A DNA stretch of 64,000 bases from Podarcis pityusensis. Lineage: Eukaryota. Position 1 is the stretch's first letter. The number at the start of each line of letters is the position of its first letter. The position numbers and the translations under genes are program-made. The notes beneath the pieces are model-generated. The model made no database searches, was not told the origin of the DNA, and saw only the letters and a program-made list of their open reading frames with translations. The stretch lies in the NCBI GenBank assembly GCA_964106645.2, contig OZ067051.1, one strand, 5' to 3'. This document shows, piece by piece, positions 23,721 through 35,330 of the stretch.

Positions 23721-26700
23721 CAACATCTGAATAGCCACAGATCCCATAATTCTTTATAGACACGTGTTTTGGTACGTATCTGACACTTGGTTTGGCCTCA
23801 GCCCAATTTTATATTTAATTTCTTCATTCAAAGGTTCTGCTGGTAAATGAAAGGGCGTGGTGGTGAATTAAATAAAGCAGAACGCTGAGGGAATCAGACA
23901 TGGATCTATGATCACATTTTAGATTCGGCATTTCAGTGAAATAGAATTGCCGTGAGAGAGACTGGTTTGTCAAAGGGCGCCCAGTAAAATTTATGGCCGA
24001 GCAGGGATTTGAACACTGATCTCCTCGGCAGAAGACCTTTATCCAGCATACTGCACTGTATCGCTGCTACTGCAGAACATAATTCCCCTTTATGTGCATG
24101 GGGTGCGGAGCCTTCTTTCTACAACTCCCATCTTCCCTGACCACTGGATAGGCTGCCTAGAGCTGACTGAGAATTGCAGTCCAAAACATTGAGGGGAGGG
24201 ACCAAGTTGGGGAAGGCTCCTTGAACCTGTTCGACCATTGAATGGCCTCAAAAACAGTCAGTGCTCCAACGCTCTTGAAACTACTTGGGCATGAGCAACA
24301 CAAGACTGGTCTGGTGTCCATGGCAGGCCCAGAAGGCTGCACCACGAGAATGGGCCTTTGCGGTGGCTCCCTGCTTGTGGGATGTTCTCCCCAGGGAGAC
24401 TCACCTGGCACCCTCGCCACATCTCTTTAAGCACCAGGAGAAAACGCTCCTCTTCTCCCAGGCTAATTAAACCATCTATGGCCTTTTAAACGGTGTGTGT
24501 GTGTGTTAAGGAGGTTATTGGTTTTGTTTGTTATTAGGGTATGTTTTTTTGTGTTTTCATATTGCAAACTGCCCTGTGTTCTTCGGATGAAGGGCAGTAT
24601 AGAGATTTAATAAATAACAATAATGATGATATTCTCCATTTCCTAAGAAGGAAGAGAGAAATATTGTAATGAATAAATCTGCTAGGAGGACTGTTTTGGA
24701 TAAGGGCCACAGGTTCATGATTGAGAACATGTTTTACATGCAGAAGGTCCTAGGGTCAATCGCCAGTGAGCTGGGTTGGGAAAGAACCCCTTCCCTGCCC
24801 TGAGACTTTATAAAACCACTCCCAACAGAGAACAGACAACACTGAAGCCAATGGTGTAAGGCAGTTTCCAAGGTTCAGTCCAACTGTGAGCCCTTTTCAG
24901 TTCTCATTGGGATCCTGTACTAATCTGTCAAACATATTTTGGGGGGCGGGGGAGACGCAGCTCAGTGGCACGGAACTCATTTTCAACAAAGCAGGGCTCA
25001 ATCCCTTTTGTTTCTAATTAAAAGTATCTCAAGCAACAGTAACCCTTCGCGATGGCTGCTCCCAGACTTTGGAACTACCCTCATAGAGAAATCAGACTGG
25101 CTCCCTCCTTGTTGTCCTTCTGCCAGCAGGCGAATACTTTTTTGTTCCAACGGGCTTTTGGGAACTGGTCTTAAGGAAAGGGCTGGTACTGTGATATTTT
25201 TATGGCAATAATCTGTGTGTTTCAATAAATACCCCCATGTTTTTAGCTGTTTCAGTTTTAACTGCCTCGAGTCCCTGTCGAGGAAAAGGGCAGGGGAAAA
25301 ACCAAATAAACAAAATCTGGAGACATAGCCGTGGGACAGATGAACTAGTATACTATAATGCATTAAGGTAGCTCTTCCTTCCCAAGAAGTCACAGCACCT
25401 TGAGGAGAAACCCACGCTCCAAGCTTGTGGTTGGGCCAACGACGAAGCACACAGCTACGATAAGGCAGTGAGGACATTCCGTTCCCAAAGGGCTTTCAAC
25501 GCTGTTCTGCAGAGAACAAGAAAGCACCTCCACCGGGGGCCACGCGTCAGTTGCCGGTGAATTAAGTTACAGAAGGCTGCATAACTGTTTCCCTTTCCCC
25601 ACCCATTTTAAGGACGTTCTCGGCTCATGAGAGAATTGACCGGAGTGGGGTGCCTGAGTTTGAATCACCGGCTGAGACCTGCCTCCAAGCTGGAATAAAA
25701 CTGGTTAGGGCAGGCGTTACCCAACTATGGGGGCAGGTTCCCCATGGGAGTGACTGAAAATGCCATGGATTGAGAAAGTCCTCCCCACCAGGGAAGGTTT
25801 AGCATTGCTAGGTACTTTTCACAGGCCCCATGACTCATAGAACCAATAGCAGGCGTGGGGAACCTTTGGATGTTGCTAAACTACCACTCCCATAATCCCT
25901 GGCAATTGGCCATGCTCGCTGAGATTGATGAAAGTTGAAGTATGTATAGAGTGACTTGGGGCAAATCAAGCTGGCAGGTGGCTGGGATTTCACCAGCACT
26001 GCACTTTGCAGGGCACCTAGTCTTCCAGTCACCAAATTAAAGCAGGGTTTCCAGGTGTTTTTGGACTACAACGCCCATCATCCCTGACCACTGGTCCTGC
26101 TAGCTAGGGATGATGGGATTTGTAGTCCAACAACAGCAGGAGACCCAAGTTTAGGAAACCTTGCAGTAAAGTTTTACCCAAAAAGCAGGACAGGGGATCT
26201 GAGGCCCAGCAAAGAAGACCTGGAGTCTGGGGGTCCTGATTCACCTCATGCCCTTGCCAATGCATGCTCTTGCGCTTCCAATAAATTAACAAGGCGATGG
26301 AGATGGGGAACAAAGTAGCAGGCAATAAGTCGGAACAGACTTCTGGCTGGTCCTTAATGTTTCTGGGATGGAGCCACCTTCCATCCCAGAAACATTAAGG
26401 ACCAGCCAGAAGGGCTAAATGATGAGGTCTTTCTGTATCTTGTGGAATTCTCTATTGTTTTACTTAAGCCATGTGTTCTTTGTGAAGCAGCTATTGTTCT
26501 GGTGTTCTGCTTGCTGTGTGTGCGTATATGGAGTTTGGTGCTGCTTTGGGATTCACATTGCCACTAAGAAGCAAAGGTTGCCATGTTGACCCATACGAAA
26601 AATTCCCAAACACAGAAAAGGGCCACGTCTTTATAAGGCCAATCAAAATGGCGCAAGAGACTGAGGGAGCTTCTGAGTTTTCCAAGCCTTGGGCAGGTTA

Positions 26701-27167
26701 AGCAAAGTGGGGAAAGATAGAGAAAAAAACAGGCTGGTGTTACAGCCCTAAAATCTGAATTGGTACATATTTAAATTGAGTGTGAGTAAACTAGCAAATT
26801 TAACAAATTAGATGCAATGCAGGTTTTGGGTTTCATCTAGGGATGAGGACATGCACAATGGCCAAGTCCCCATTTTTTGAACATTTGTAAAATCCAGAAG
26901 TTCTGTTGTGACTTGCCTCCCACCTGCTCAACCTGTATATTTGCTAAGAGATGCTACTGAAGAATAAAATTAAAAAACCAAGACTCCTCAGGTTCCCTCC
27001 TCCTTCACAAGGAATCTGATCCTGTAAGGCTAAGCTTGACCTTCGTGGTGTGAGATGAGAGTTTAGTAACACCCTATTTCCCGAGAAAACATTTTGAGTA
27101 ATGTACAAGCTGTCCTGTACAGGCTGTTCTCCTCTCCACCTCCATGCCAAATGTCTCAGAAACCTAC

Positions 27168-27340
27168 CTTTCCCTAGTCCAGAAGTTGCTCCTGTGATCA
27201 CCACCACTGCATCCTTCAGGTAGGCTCTCACACGCATTCTCTGAAGCAGCCGGAAGAGCCCAAAAACCCCCAGGCTGCCAAAAAGCAGTGGAAGAATCAT
27301 CACAGAGGTGAGATCCATCACTTTTCTTCTAGGGTTCGTC
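27168..27340 (-). CDS. DHRS7B: DHRS7B coding exon 2
   Basis: ctccag|G acceptor. Encodes [33 protein letters not shown]...[13 protein letters not shown] (TM anchor plus SDR TGxxxGxG motif). Donor G|gtaggt. Confidence 0.95.
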
Positions 27341-28239
27341 CTGGAGTTACAGGAAGGAAGCAGAGAACAAGAGCACATTACACAAACTGATCACGAACCA
27401 CCTTCCACTCTCCTGTTTCCACACAGAACAGATTCAATCCAACATAGCAGCTCCCCAGCCTCCAGGGCCTGTTTCACAACATGTAAAAATCAGTATACAA
27501 GGGAGCAACTGGGCTGGGCTCAGCTGTGCCAATTGCCTTCTGGACTCTTTTGTATTGCGACATTGCCGTCCACCTCTCTCTCAAATCACAGGCATGGAAA
27601 TGAACAGAGTATGCTTTGTATCAGGGAGTCAAGGCAATTCCCCCACTTATGCTTGATAGATTTGTGCACAACCGTGCATATGCGTGGCGCCAGGAAATTA
27701 TTAAATAATTCAATTCAAACCTGAAATCGCGGGAGAGAGCTGGACAGTTCTCGTGGAGACCCTCCCCAGAGCCCAAAGAGGACAGCAGTGAGGGCGGAGG
27801 GAGCCCCCAAGAGGCTGGAGGCTTTGTACATGCTGCTCAGCCTCCCCTCCTAACAGCTGATGTGTGGGGTTGCACAGCAAGAACAGCCGCTTTCCTGCAC
27901 GACCTCTAGCCTCCTGCCAACCCCAGAGCTTCCATTCTAGTTGTGGATATCTTTGAATAGAGTATTTTTTGGTATGGGTTGAAGAGAGAGTGGCAGAGAA
28001 GGCGTATAATGGGTGCTCCCCACTTTACATGATTTCCTTTATGTGCGTGGGGGCCTGGAACATAACCCCCACATAAGTGGGGGGACGCCTGTATACAAGC
28101 TTTGTACCAGGGAGTCAATATTCAAGTGCAAACATGCCAACTAAGTCAGGCTTGTAAATATAACCACCTGCCTGGTTGCTTGTGGCAAGTAAGAATTACC
28201 TCTGGGCAACCAGGCAGAAAGAAAGACAGCTGGTTTCGG

Positions 28240-28243
<4 letters not shown>

Positions 28244-28285
<42 letters not shown>
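28244..28285. repeat. (TG)n microsatellite
   Basis: About 21 uninterrupted TG units. Confidence 0.95.
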
Positions 28286-28286
<1 letters not shown>

Positions 28287-29941
28287 TGTTCTGATGAATA
28301 TGATAGACTTCTCTCTATCATATTCATCAGAACATCATGATCTGGAAGAACAGACACCAGACACAGAACAACCACACTTTAAAAAACAGGACAGCAACCC
28401 ACAGACCACAGGCATTGCCAAACAGAAGTAAACAGACTTCCAGGGGGCCGAGGCTAACCAGATGCTACATGCAATATACATAGTGGAGTTCCAATGCTAG
28501 GGGCAATGGTGTTTCTTAAAGAAGTTTCAGAGAAAGGTGGACGGAGAAGCAAAATCACTTCTGTACCTCTTATTTTTATGAGCATTTCATATCATTTACA
28601 TGTGCGATTCACGACATTTACACAGGACCTGCAAGAAAACATTATAATACACCCTCACCATCTAGAAGAGTGTTTCTGTCTGCCAGCTTTGCCCTACTCC
28701 ATGCTAGTGAAAGCTGTAAGGAGTTGAAGCAAGGCATTCATGCTGAGCCGGCGAAGTGGTGTTGGGAGTAACACCTAGGAGATCAGGATTCAAACCCCCA
28801 CTTGGGGAGGAAGCTCACTGGGTGACCTTGGACCAGCGACCCAACTGACCTCACAGGGTTGATGTGAGGACAGAATGGGAAGCAGCAGAACTATGTGTGC
28901 CACCTCGGGCTCCTTGCAGGAAAGGCGGACTACAAATGTAAAGATAAATGAATGAATTCCACTGCCCACCCCATTTCTTTTTCAACATTTTGTGGCTACT
29001 CAGAAAGCTCAATCTCACTGAGCTGTTTTTTTTTTTAAATAAAAAAACACACATTTATTTGTGTTTCTGCAAATGTTTGGGTTCTCCTAGCATGCTGATA
29101 CCTTCTTTGTGTTTTGGCTCCGGTCCTGTGGGTACTCGCTACCAGAGTTTGCAATTAAAGGGGTTATATTACCAATACATACTAGTCCAAAAAAATATAA
29201 TCAGATGATTCTCAGTCTTACCATAGATCAATGATCTACACATTTAGGGGAATGCCAAAAAAAATGAAACAAACTCCATTGAAAGCAGGAGAGCAGCAAC
29301 ATACACAAAACAGGCAAGAAGGAGGGAAATAGCAAACCACCTTCTAGACAGCTGTGCCCAGGAGATAAAAGCCTCCGGATCCATAGCCGGATAAATTTCC
29401 TTACCACACTCTGGGTCTCTCGTTTCTGGAGAAAGGTTTGCCCCAAATAAACATGGTGCCAGATTAAGGAGTTCCATTTCGCCGCTTTAGAAACTAATTT
29501 TCTACAGGGAGAGTATTCAATCAACATTATTGTAAAAAAAAGAAGAAGAAAAGGGAAGCATTCTGTTTAAAGTTGTTTACAAGGACACCCTGCTTAAAAA
29601 CCCACAAAGCAGTCTGGGATTGCCACTCATAAAACAAAGCTACTTCCATTTCACACTGTGTTGCACATCAGATCTCCCGGATGCATCACCAAGTGAACAG
29701 TGTTGTGTTTTCTAAATTTTAGGATGATGTGATGAAATGAATAAGCTGGTTAAGGACAGCAGAAACCAGCAAGGAAGATAGGAGTTGGTTTATTAGTACA
29801 AGATGCCAAGCAAAGTTCCCCAGCAAAGTTCAACTATTTCAAAAGGCCACCTATTTTGAGCACATGCTGAACTCTTCCTGATGAAATCACTGGGTCTCAG
29901 TAGCACTTAATGCTGATGGAATGGTGCTCATATCTATTCTG

Positions 29942-30526
29942 TAGGTATGCTGTGGTCTAAACCACTGAGCCTCTTGGGCTTTCCGATCAGAAGGTTGGCG
30001 ATTCGAATCCACGCAACAGGGTGCGCTCCCGTTGCTCTGTCCCAGCTGCTGCTAACCTAGCAATTCAAAAGCATGCCAGTGCAAGTAGATAAATAGGTAC
30101 TGCTGTGGCGGGAAGGTAAATGGCATTTCCATGTGCTCTGGCACTTGTCACAGTGTCCCGTTGCACCAGAAATGGTCATATCATGCCGGCCACATGACCT
30201 GGGAAGCTGTCTGTGGGCAAATGCCGGCTACCTTGGCCTGAAAGCAAGATGAGCTCTGCAACCCCATACAGTGGTACCTCAGGTTACAGACACTTCAGGT
30301 TACAGACTCCGCTAACCCAGAAATAGTACCTCGGGTTAAGATCTTTGCTTCAGGATGAGAACAGAACGGCGGCAGGCCCCATTAGCTAAAGTGGTACCTC
30401 AGGTTAAGAACAGTTTCGGGTTAAGAACGGACCTCCAGAACAAATTAAGTTCTTAACCTGAGGTACCACTGTATTAGCTTTTGCCTGAACTTAACTGTCC
30501 AGGGGTCCTTGACCTTTTACCTTTAC
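29942..30526 (+). mobile_element. Sauria SINE interrupted by a MITE
   Basis: tRNA-like head, core gcaagtagataaataggtac, (ACCTTT)n tail. Split at TA 30267-68. Confidence 0.8.
30269..30471. mobile_element. Tigger/pogo-like MITE
   Basis: TIRs CAGTGGTACCTCAGGTTA / TAACCTGAGGTACCACTG, TA TSD. Confidence 0.85.
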
Positions 30527-30789
30527 ATACCTACAGAATAGGTATCAGCACCTATTCCCCCAGAGGTGGGGGAACCGGATGTTGTTGGACTCTGCTTTTT
30601 TTCCAGAAAAAAGGTCCCGGAATGCACTTCTCTCGGAAGAACTACCCCAGAGCCCAAAGAAGATACCTTCGGGCTCCTGGGTGCAGGGAGTCTCCTCACC
30701 AGCCAGAGGCTTGCTGAAGCTGCTTTGGTGAGGCTAGCAGAGTCTTCTGAGCCTCAGCTAAACATTTTTAAAAACTTCCCTACACAGGG

Positions 30790-31182
30790 CTGCCTTCAGT
30801 TATTTTAGGAAATGTGGCATTGGATGGGAGGGAGTTCCACAGGGCAGGGGCCACTACTGAGAAGACCCTCTGCCTGGTTCCCTGTAACTTCTCACAATGA
30901 GGGAACTGCTAGAAGGCCCTTGGAGCTGGACCTCAGTGTCCAGGCTGAATGATGGGGGTGGAAATGCTCATTCAGCTATACAGGGCCGAGGCTGTTTAGG
31001 GCTTTAAAGTTCAGCACCAACACTTTGAGTTGTGCTCGGAAACATACTGGGAGCCAATGTAGATCCTTTAGGTCCCGTGTTATACGGTCCTGGCAGCTGC
31101 TGCCAGTCACTAGTCTAGCTGCCACATTCTGGATTAGTTGTAGTTTCTGAGTCACTTTCAAAGGTAGTCCCATGTAGCACAT
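30790..31182 (-). mobile_element. L2-clade LINE fragment
   Basis: Encodes KLQLIQNVAARLVTG...LHWLPVCFRAQLKVLVLNFKAL, homologous to the 1937-2697 copy. Confidence 0.75.
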
Positions 31183-31891
31183 GACAGCTATGGACTTATC
31201 CTGCTAGTATCAACCAACTATGCTTTAAAACATTCTTAAAGGGAGTCTTTGCAGGTGAAATTTAAAGTGGCTTGCTACAATTAGGTTTGCAAAGCAGAGC
31301 CCTCCCTTATAGACATTAGAAACCTAAATGTAGAAACACAATTGCCTCTCTGTTCTGCTTTGCAGAGAATGAGACACTTATAACAAATACCAAGAGAGGT
31401 TCGAAGAGGATTTGATTTGAGCTCGTGTGTGAGAAGGGAGGGGAATGTCCTTGAGTAAAATGGTGCCGTTATAAAAATAAATGTAAGCAGCACAGCCTTG
31501 GGCCTTATTCTATTTGTGTAAAACACCACAAGGCCTTGTCGGGTCACCCCCCGCAGTGTGAAAATCACAGTGTGATCCCGCACACCCGCACACACCAGAT
31601 CCTACCTTTCTGCACAGAGCTGCCTTCTCTGAAGTGTGCCCTATATCTGTCTCAAACGTTTTGACGGAGGGTAGACAGATTTAAAAAAGGAAATGGCTGG
31701 CAGCCAAGCTTACACTTTTAGTCCAGCATTGGCACAAGTGATCAAGGACGGCCTCCAAGAACAAGGCTCAGAAACACTCCACTGCATTTGAGATGGAGGA
31801 GGTCATTTAAGTTTAGAGAGAAGAATTGGAAAGATGAGCTCAGAGGCGCTTATTCCTCTCCTCCCCAGTAGCCTTGCTTTGATTTGCTATA

Positions 31892-32066
31892 CAGTGGAAC
31901 CTCGGGTTGCAAACATGATCCATGCGGGAGGCACGTTCGCAACCCGCAGCGTTCAGTGCCGCGTCTGTGCACGCGCGGGTCATGATTCAGCACTTCTGCG
32001 CATGCGCAAAGCGTGATTTAGCGCTAATGTGCATGCACAAGTGCCGAAACCCGGAAGTAACCCTTT
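31892..32066. mobile_element. Truncated Tigger/pogo-like MITE (one TIR only)
   Basis: TA-CAGTGGAACCTCGGGTTG start with a CpG-rich interior. Confidence 0.55.
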
Positions 32067-32640
32067 ACTCAGCTCCAGCACCTCTCAGGTGAGCACAATT
32101 GCCATCCTAAGAGAACAAGGGAGAAGTTCATGGTGAGCTCCGACACCTCTTTTTCTAGAAAAATAGCACCTGCTTATTAAATAACAAAATAGTATTTTAA
32201 AATTCAGAGAATTACCAAACTAGCTCATCCTTATTTTTGATTCTTCAGTGTCATAGTTGTCTAATCTCTATCCTGTTAAAACAATACCTACCAACACAGC
32301 ACATCCTACCAGAACCACAATACACATCAGGATTTAACTGTCTACCACAGAATCAATAGATTTGTGCAGAAAATCACACTAGAATCTACAGAATTTCCAA
32401 CAAACATACAGAGGATCAAGCAAGAAATAATTAAAAGAAGGGCTTCTAGAGAAGCTAATCCTAATGTACTTAGTAGAACTTGCTTCCAAGTAAACATGAT
32501 TAACATCAGGCTGCCAAAAAGTGCTACGATATAACTCTTCTTTCTAATGGCAGTTCAAGTCCTCCTACTCAAAACCACATCACTGACACAGAAGAAGGAG
32601 GTATCAGCCAACTTGAGTCAACCTCAAGGTTTGCAAATGT

Positions 32641-32975
32641 TGTGGGTTAAACCACAGAGCCTAGGGCTTGCCAATCAGAAGGTTAGCGGTTCGAATCCCC
32701 GTGACAGGGTGAGCTCCCGTTGCTCGGTACCTGCTCCTGCCAACCTAGCACTTCGAAAGCACGTTAAAGTGCAAGTAGATAAATAGGTACCGCTCCGGCG
32801 GGAAGGTAAACGGTGTTTCCGTGCGCTGCTCTGGTTCGCCAGAAGCGGCTTAGTCATGCTGGCCACATGACCCGAAAGCTGTCTGCGGACAAACGCCAGC
32901 TCCCTCGTAAAGCGCCGCAACCCCAGAGTTGGCCACAACTGGACCTAATGGTCAGGGGTCCCTTTATCTTTACCT
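32641..32975 (+). mobile_element. Sauria SINE
   Basis: Same head, core and ACCTTT-like tail as the other copies. Confidence 0.8.
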
Positions 32976-33859
32976 AAAGAACCTTTAGGGGGAACTGTCA
33001 AAGAGGCAACACCAAAAAGCAGCCCCCTAAGAACACAATGGCACAGAATGCTGCGTCGAAGGAAAAATCAGGTGGGAGGGGAAATGGAGTGGCTGGGAAA
33101 AGAAGGCAACACATATATGTAAAGGATAGGAGGAGTCCTTCCCACCTGACATTGATTAAAACATCCCCAGGGACAGAAGTGAGTGCTGACAATGGGGGGA
33201 TCGGGATCGAAGATTTTAATGTATTGAGGACTGGGCACAAGTTTACACACCTCAATCCCCCAATATGAAAACATCCAAGAAGGGCAATGAAAATTAAGCT
33301 TGCTGAATGGGCACATATCACAGAATGTTGTGTGTGTGTGTGTGTGTTGGGTGGGGAAAACCAGCATGGAATGGAACAGCTGGAACCCTGAACAGAAGCG
33401 TTCCACATGGCTGCATTTTGTCACAGAGTCCCCCTCATCAATAACTATGCTTAAAATGAGGATTGTTATAACAACAAAGCTTACATTTTCCTGGGAGTCC
33501 GCCCCACTGGATTGACTTCCACAAAATGTATAGGACTGCACTGCCAAGGTTACCAAAAAAAAAAAGCTTGAAAACATACAGGCAGCCCCAAGTTGTAGTT
33601 CAAACCACACGGGCAAGGTTGTAAAGCTGCAAAGAGTTCAGAAACACTTTGGCACACTTGCTTGTGGGTCTTTCTTCCCACTTCTCCTTAAATATTATTT
33701 TTATTTATTGCATTTCTACGCATTCTACATTTGAGGATCAGGAGGTGGTTTACGGTATAGAAACACAGAAATACACAACACAGCAACAAACAAAAAACCA
33801 GCACCACCCAGTTCAAAAGGCCATCAGTTATCTGATTAGCCAAAGGCCTGAGAGATTAC

Positions 33860-34000
33860 CGGCATAGCTCAGTCGCTAGAGCATGAGACAGTTAATCTCA
33901 GGAGCTGAAGGTCTGAATCCCCAAGTTGGGCAAAGATTTCCTGCATTGCAGGGGGTTGGGCTAGATTACCCCCGTGGTCCCTTCCAACTCTACAGTTCTA
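33860..34000 (+). mobile_element. tRNA(Lys)-like head / CR1-tail SINE (inverse partial copy at about 37040-37140)
   Basis: atagctcagtcg.tagagcatgagac..taatctcagg head followed by ggtcccttccaactctacagttcta, a CR1-type 3' end. Confidence 0.55.
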
Positions 34001-34183
34001 TATGGGCACAACGTGTCCCCCCAACATCCCAAGTCCCCCCACCACCACCTTTCCCATATTCTGCGCAACTCCATGGTGCCTTATGGAAAGGGCTAACAAC
34101 CCTCCAGCGCCCTAGGTGGGTGGCCACTCTCACCGCTGCTTTGACATACAACTAGGCAGTGCCGGATTTACGTATAAGCTAAC

Positions 34184-34320
34184 CAGGCATAGGCAAACTC
34201 GGCCCTCCAGATGTTTTTGGCACTACAATTCCCATCACCCCTGACCACTTTTCCTGTTAGCTGGGAATGATGGGACTTGTAGTGCCAAAACATGTGGAGG
34301 GCCGAGTTTGCCTATACCTG
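34184..34320. mobile_element. hAT-like foldback MITE nested in the 34157-34729 element
   Basis: Long TIRs CAGGCATAGGCAAACTCGGCCCTCCA; flanks AGCTAAC/AGCTAAAC. Confidence 0.75.
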
Positions 34321-34389
34321 AGCTAAACAAGCTATAGCTTAGGGCCCCACTCTCTTGGGGGGCCCCCAAATTTTTCAATAGTAGTATTT

Positions 34390-34502
34390 GTTTTTGTTGT
34401 TTAGTTGTTTAGTTGTGTCCGACTCCTTGTGACCCCATGGACCAGAGCACGCCAGGCACTCCTGTCTTCCACTGCCTCCTGCAGTTTGGTCAAACTCATG
34501 TT
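34390..34502 (-). mobile_element. Short Bov-B 3' terminal fragment
   Basis: Similar to 40800-40905 (gtccgactc..gtgaccccatggaccagagcacgccaggcact...), with a CAA-rich tail. Confidence 0.7.
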
Positions 34503-34899
34503 CCACTATTAATATACTTCTTAATTATATTTCAGTTCAACAATTACTTTGATAAAATACATATTTTGTTATGTGCAATTGGCTTTAGATACCTATTAGG
34601 TCCATAAATTACCATATAGCATATATTCAACGCAAAAAAAAACTGTTGTTGACAAAGGACAGCTGGACATATAAAGGGCCCCATTACCTTCAGTAGCTTA
34701 GGGCCTCACCAGACCTAAATCCAGCCCTGCGACTAGGGGAGCCTCAGTGGCCCCTTATCCCTTGCTCTGTTTATCCCACCCTTCCTCCACAAAGCAGCAT
34801 GCAGGCTCCTTTCCTTCCCCGCCCCTTCCCTCCTCTCCCAACAACCCTGTGAGGTAGGCCGGTCTGAGAGGCAGTGGCGGTTTGCTGCAGGCATGTTTG

Positions 34900-35330
34900 G
34901 GACTTTGAACCCGGACGCCCTGGGACCTAGACATGACACCCCACCCAGCGGGACCGACGCCTATGGGGACCCCCCCCCCACCGTCCCGTATTGACCGAAC
35001 GGGGCCCAGTAAGCGAACCCCGCCCCGCGCGCGCGCGCCTCGCTTCCACCTTCAGCTTACTACCTGGCAACCACAGTCACCATAACGACGCACCCGGAAG
35101 CAACTCCGCCACCTTTGCTCCGCCCGCCCAATCAAAATGCAGCTTCCCTTCAGGCGGAAGGCGGGGACTGGCAAGGGAAAGCGGCCAATAGGAAGCAAGC
35201 GCGCGGAGGGACAAGGTCAATAAATTATAATATACAAAAAAAGAGAACACAAACGGGAAAGGCCAGGGAAGGTCCCCCCGTGTTTAGCTTCCCTCCCGGA
35301 AACAGAGGCTCCGCGCATAGAGTTCTGCCT
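34900..35330 (-). promoter_or_regulatory. DHRS7B CpG-island promoter
   Basis: CpG-rich. ETS/GABP CCGGAAG at 35094-35100, CCAAT at 35128 and 35185, and GC boxes immediately 5' of exon 1. Confidence 0.7.
35064..35083 (-). CDS. DHRS7B: DHRS7B coding exon 1 (MVTVVA-R)
   Basis: Minus strand ATGGTGACTGTGGTTGCCAG|GT inside a CpG island. It is 20 nt, phase 2, resembles mammalian MVSPATR, and splices in frame to exon 2. Confidence 0.8.

Larger units (their letters stand above)
34157..34729. mobile_element. hAT-like non-autonomous element hosting two nested insertions
   Basis: TIRs CAGTGCCGGATTTA / TAAATCCAGCCCTG; 8-bp TSD CAACTAGG/CGACTAGG. Confidence 0.7.

Noticed and set aside
30592-32170. Inverted hAT-like ends at about 30593 and 32169 suggesting a 1.6-kb composite transposon
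   Set aside because: No matching TSD; more likely two independent fragments of a common short family.
33860-33935. tRNA-Lys gene
   Set aside because: The cloverleaf and B box are degenerate and fused to a CR1-type tail, so this is a SINE head.
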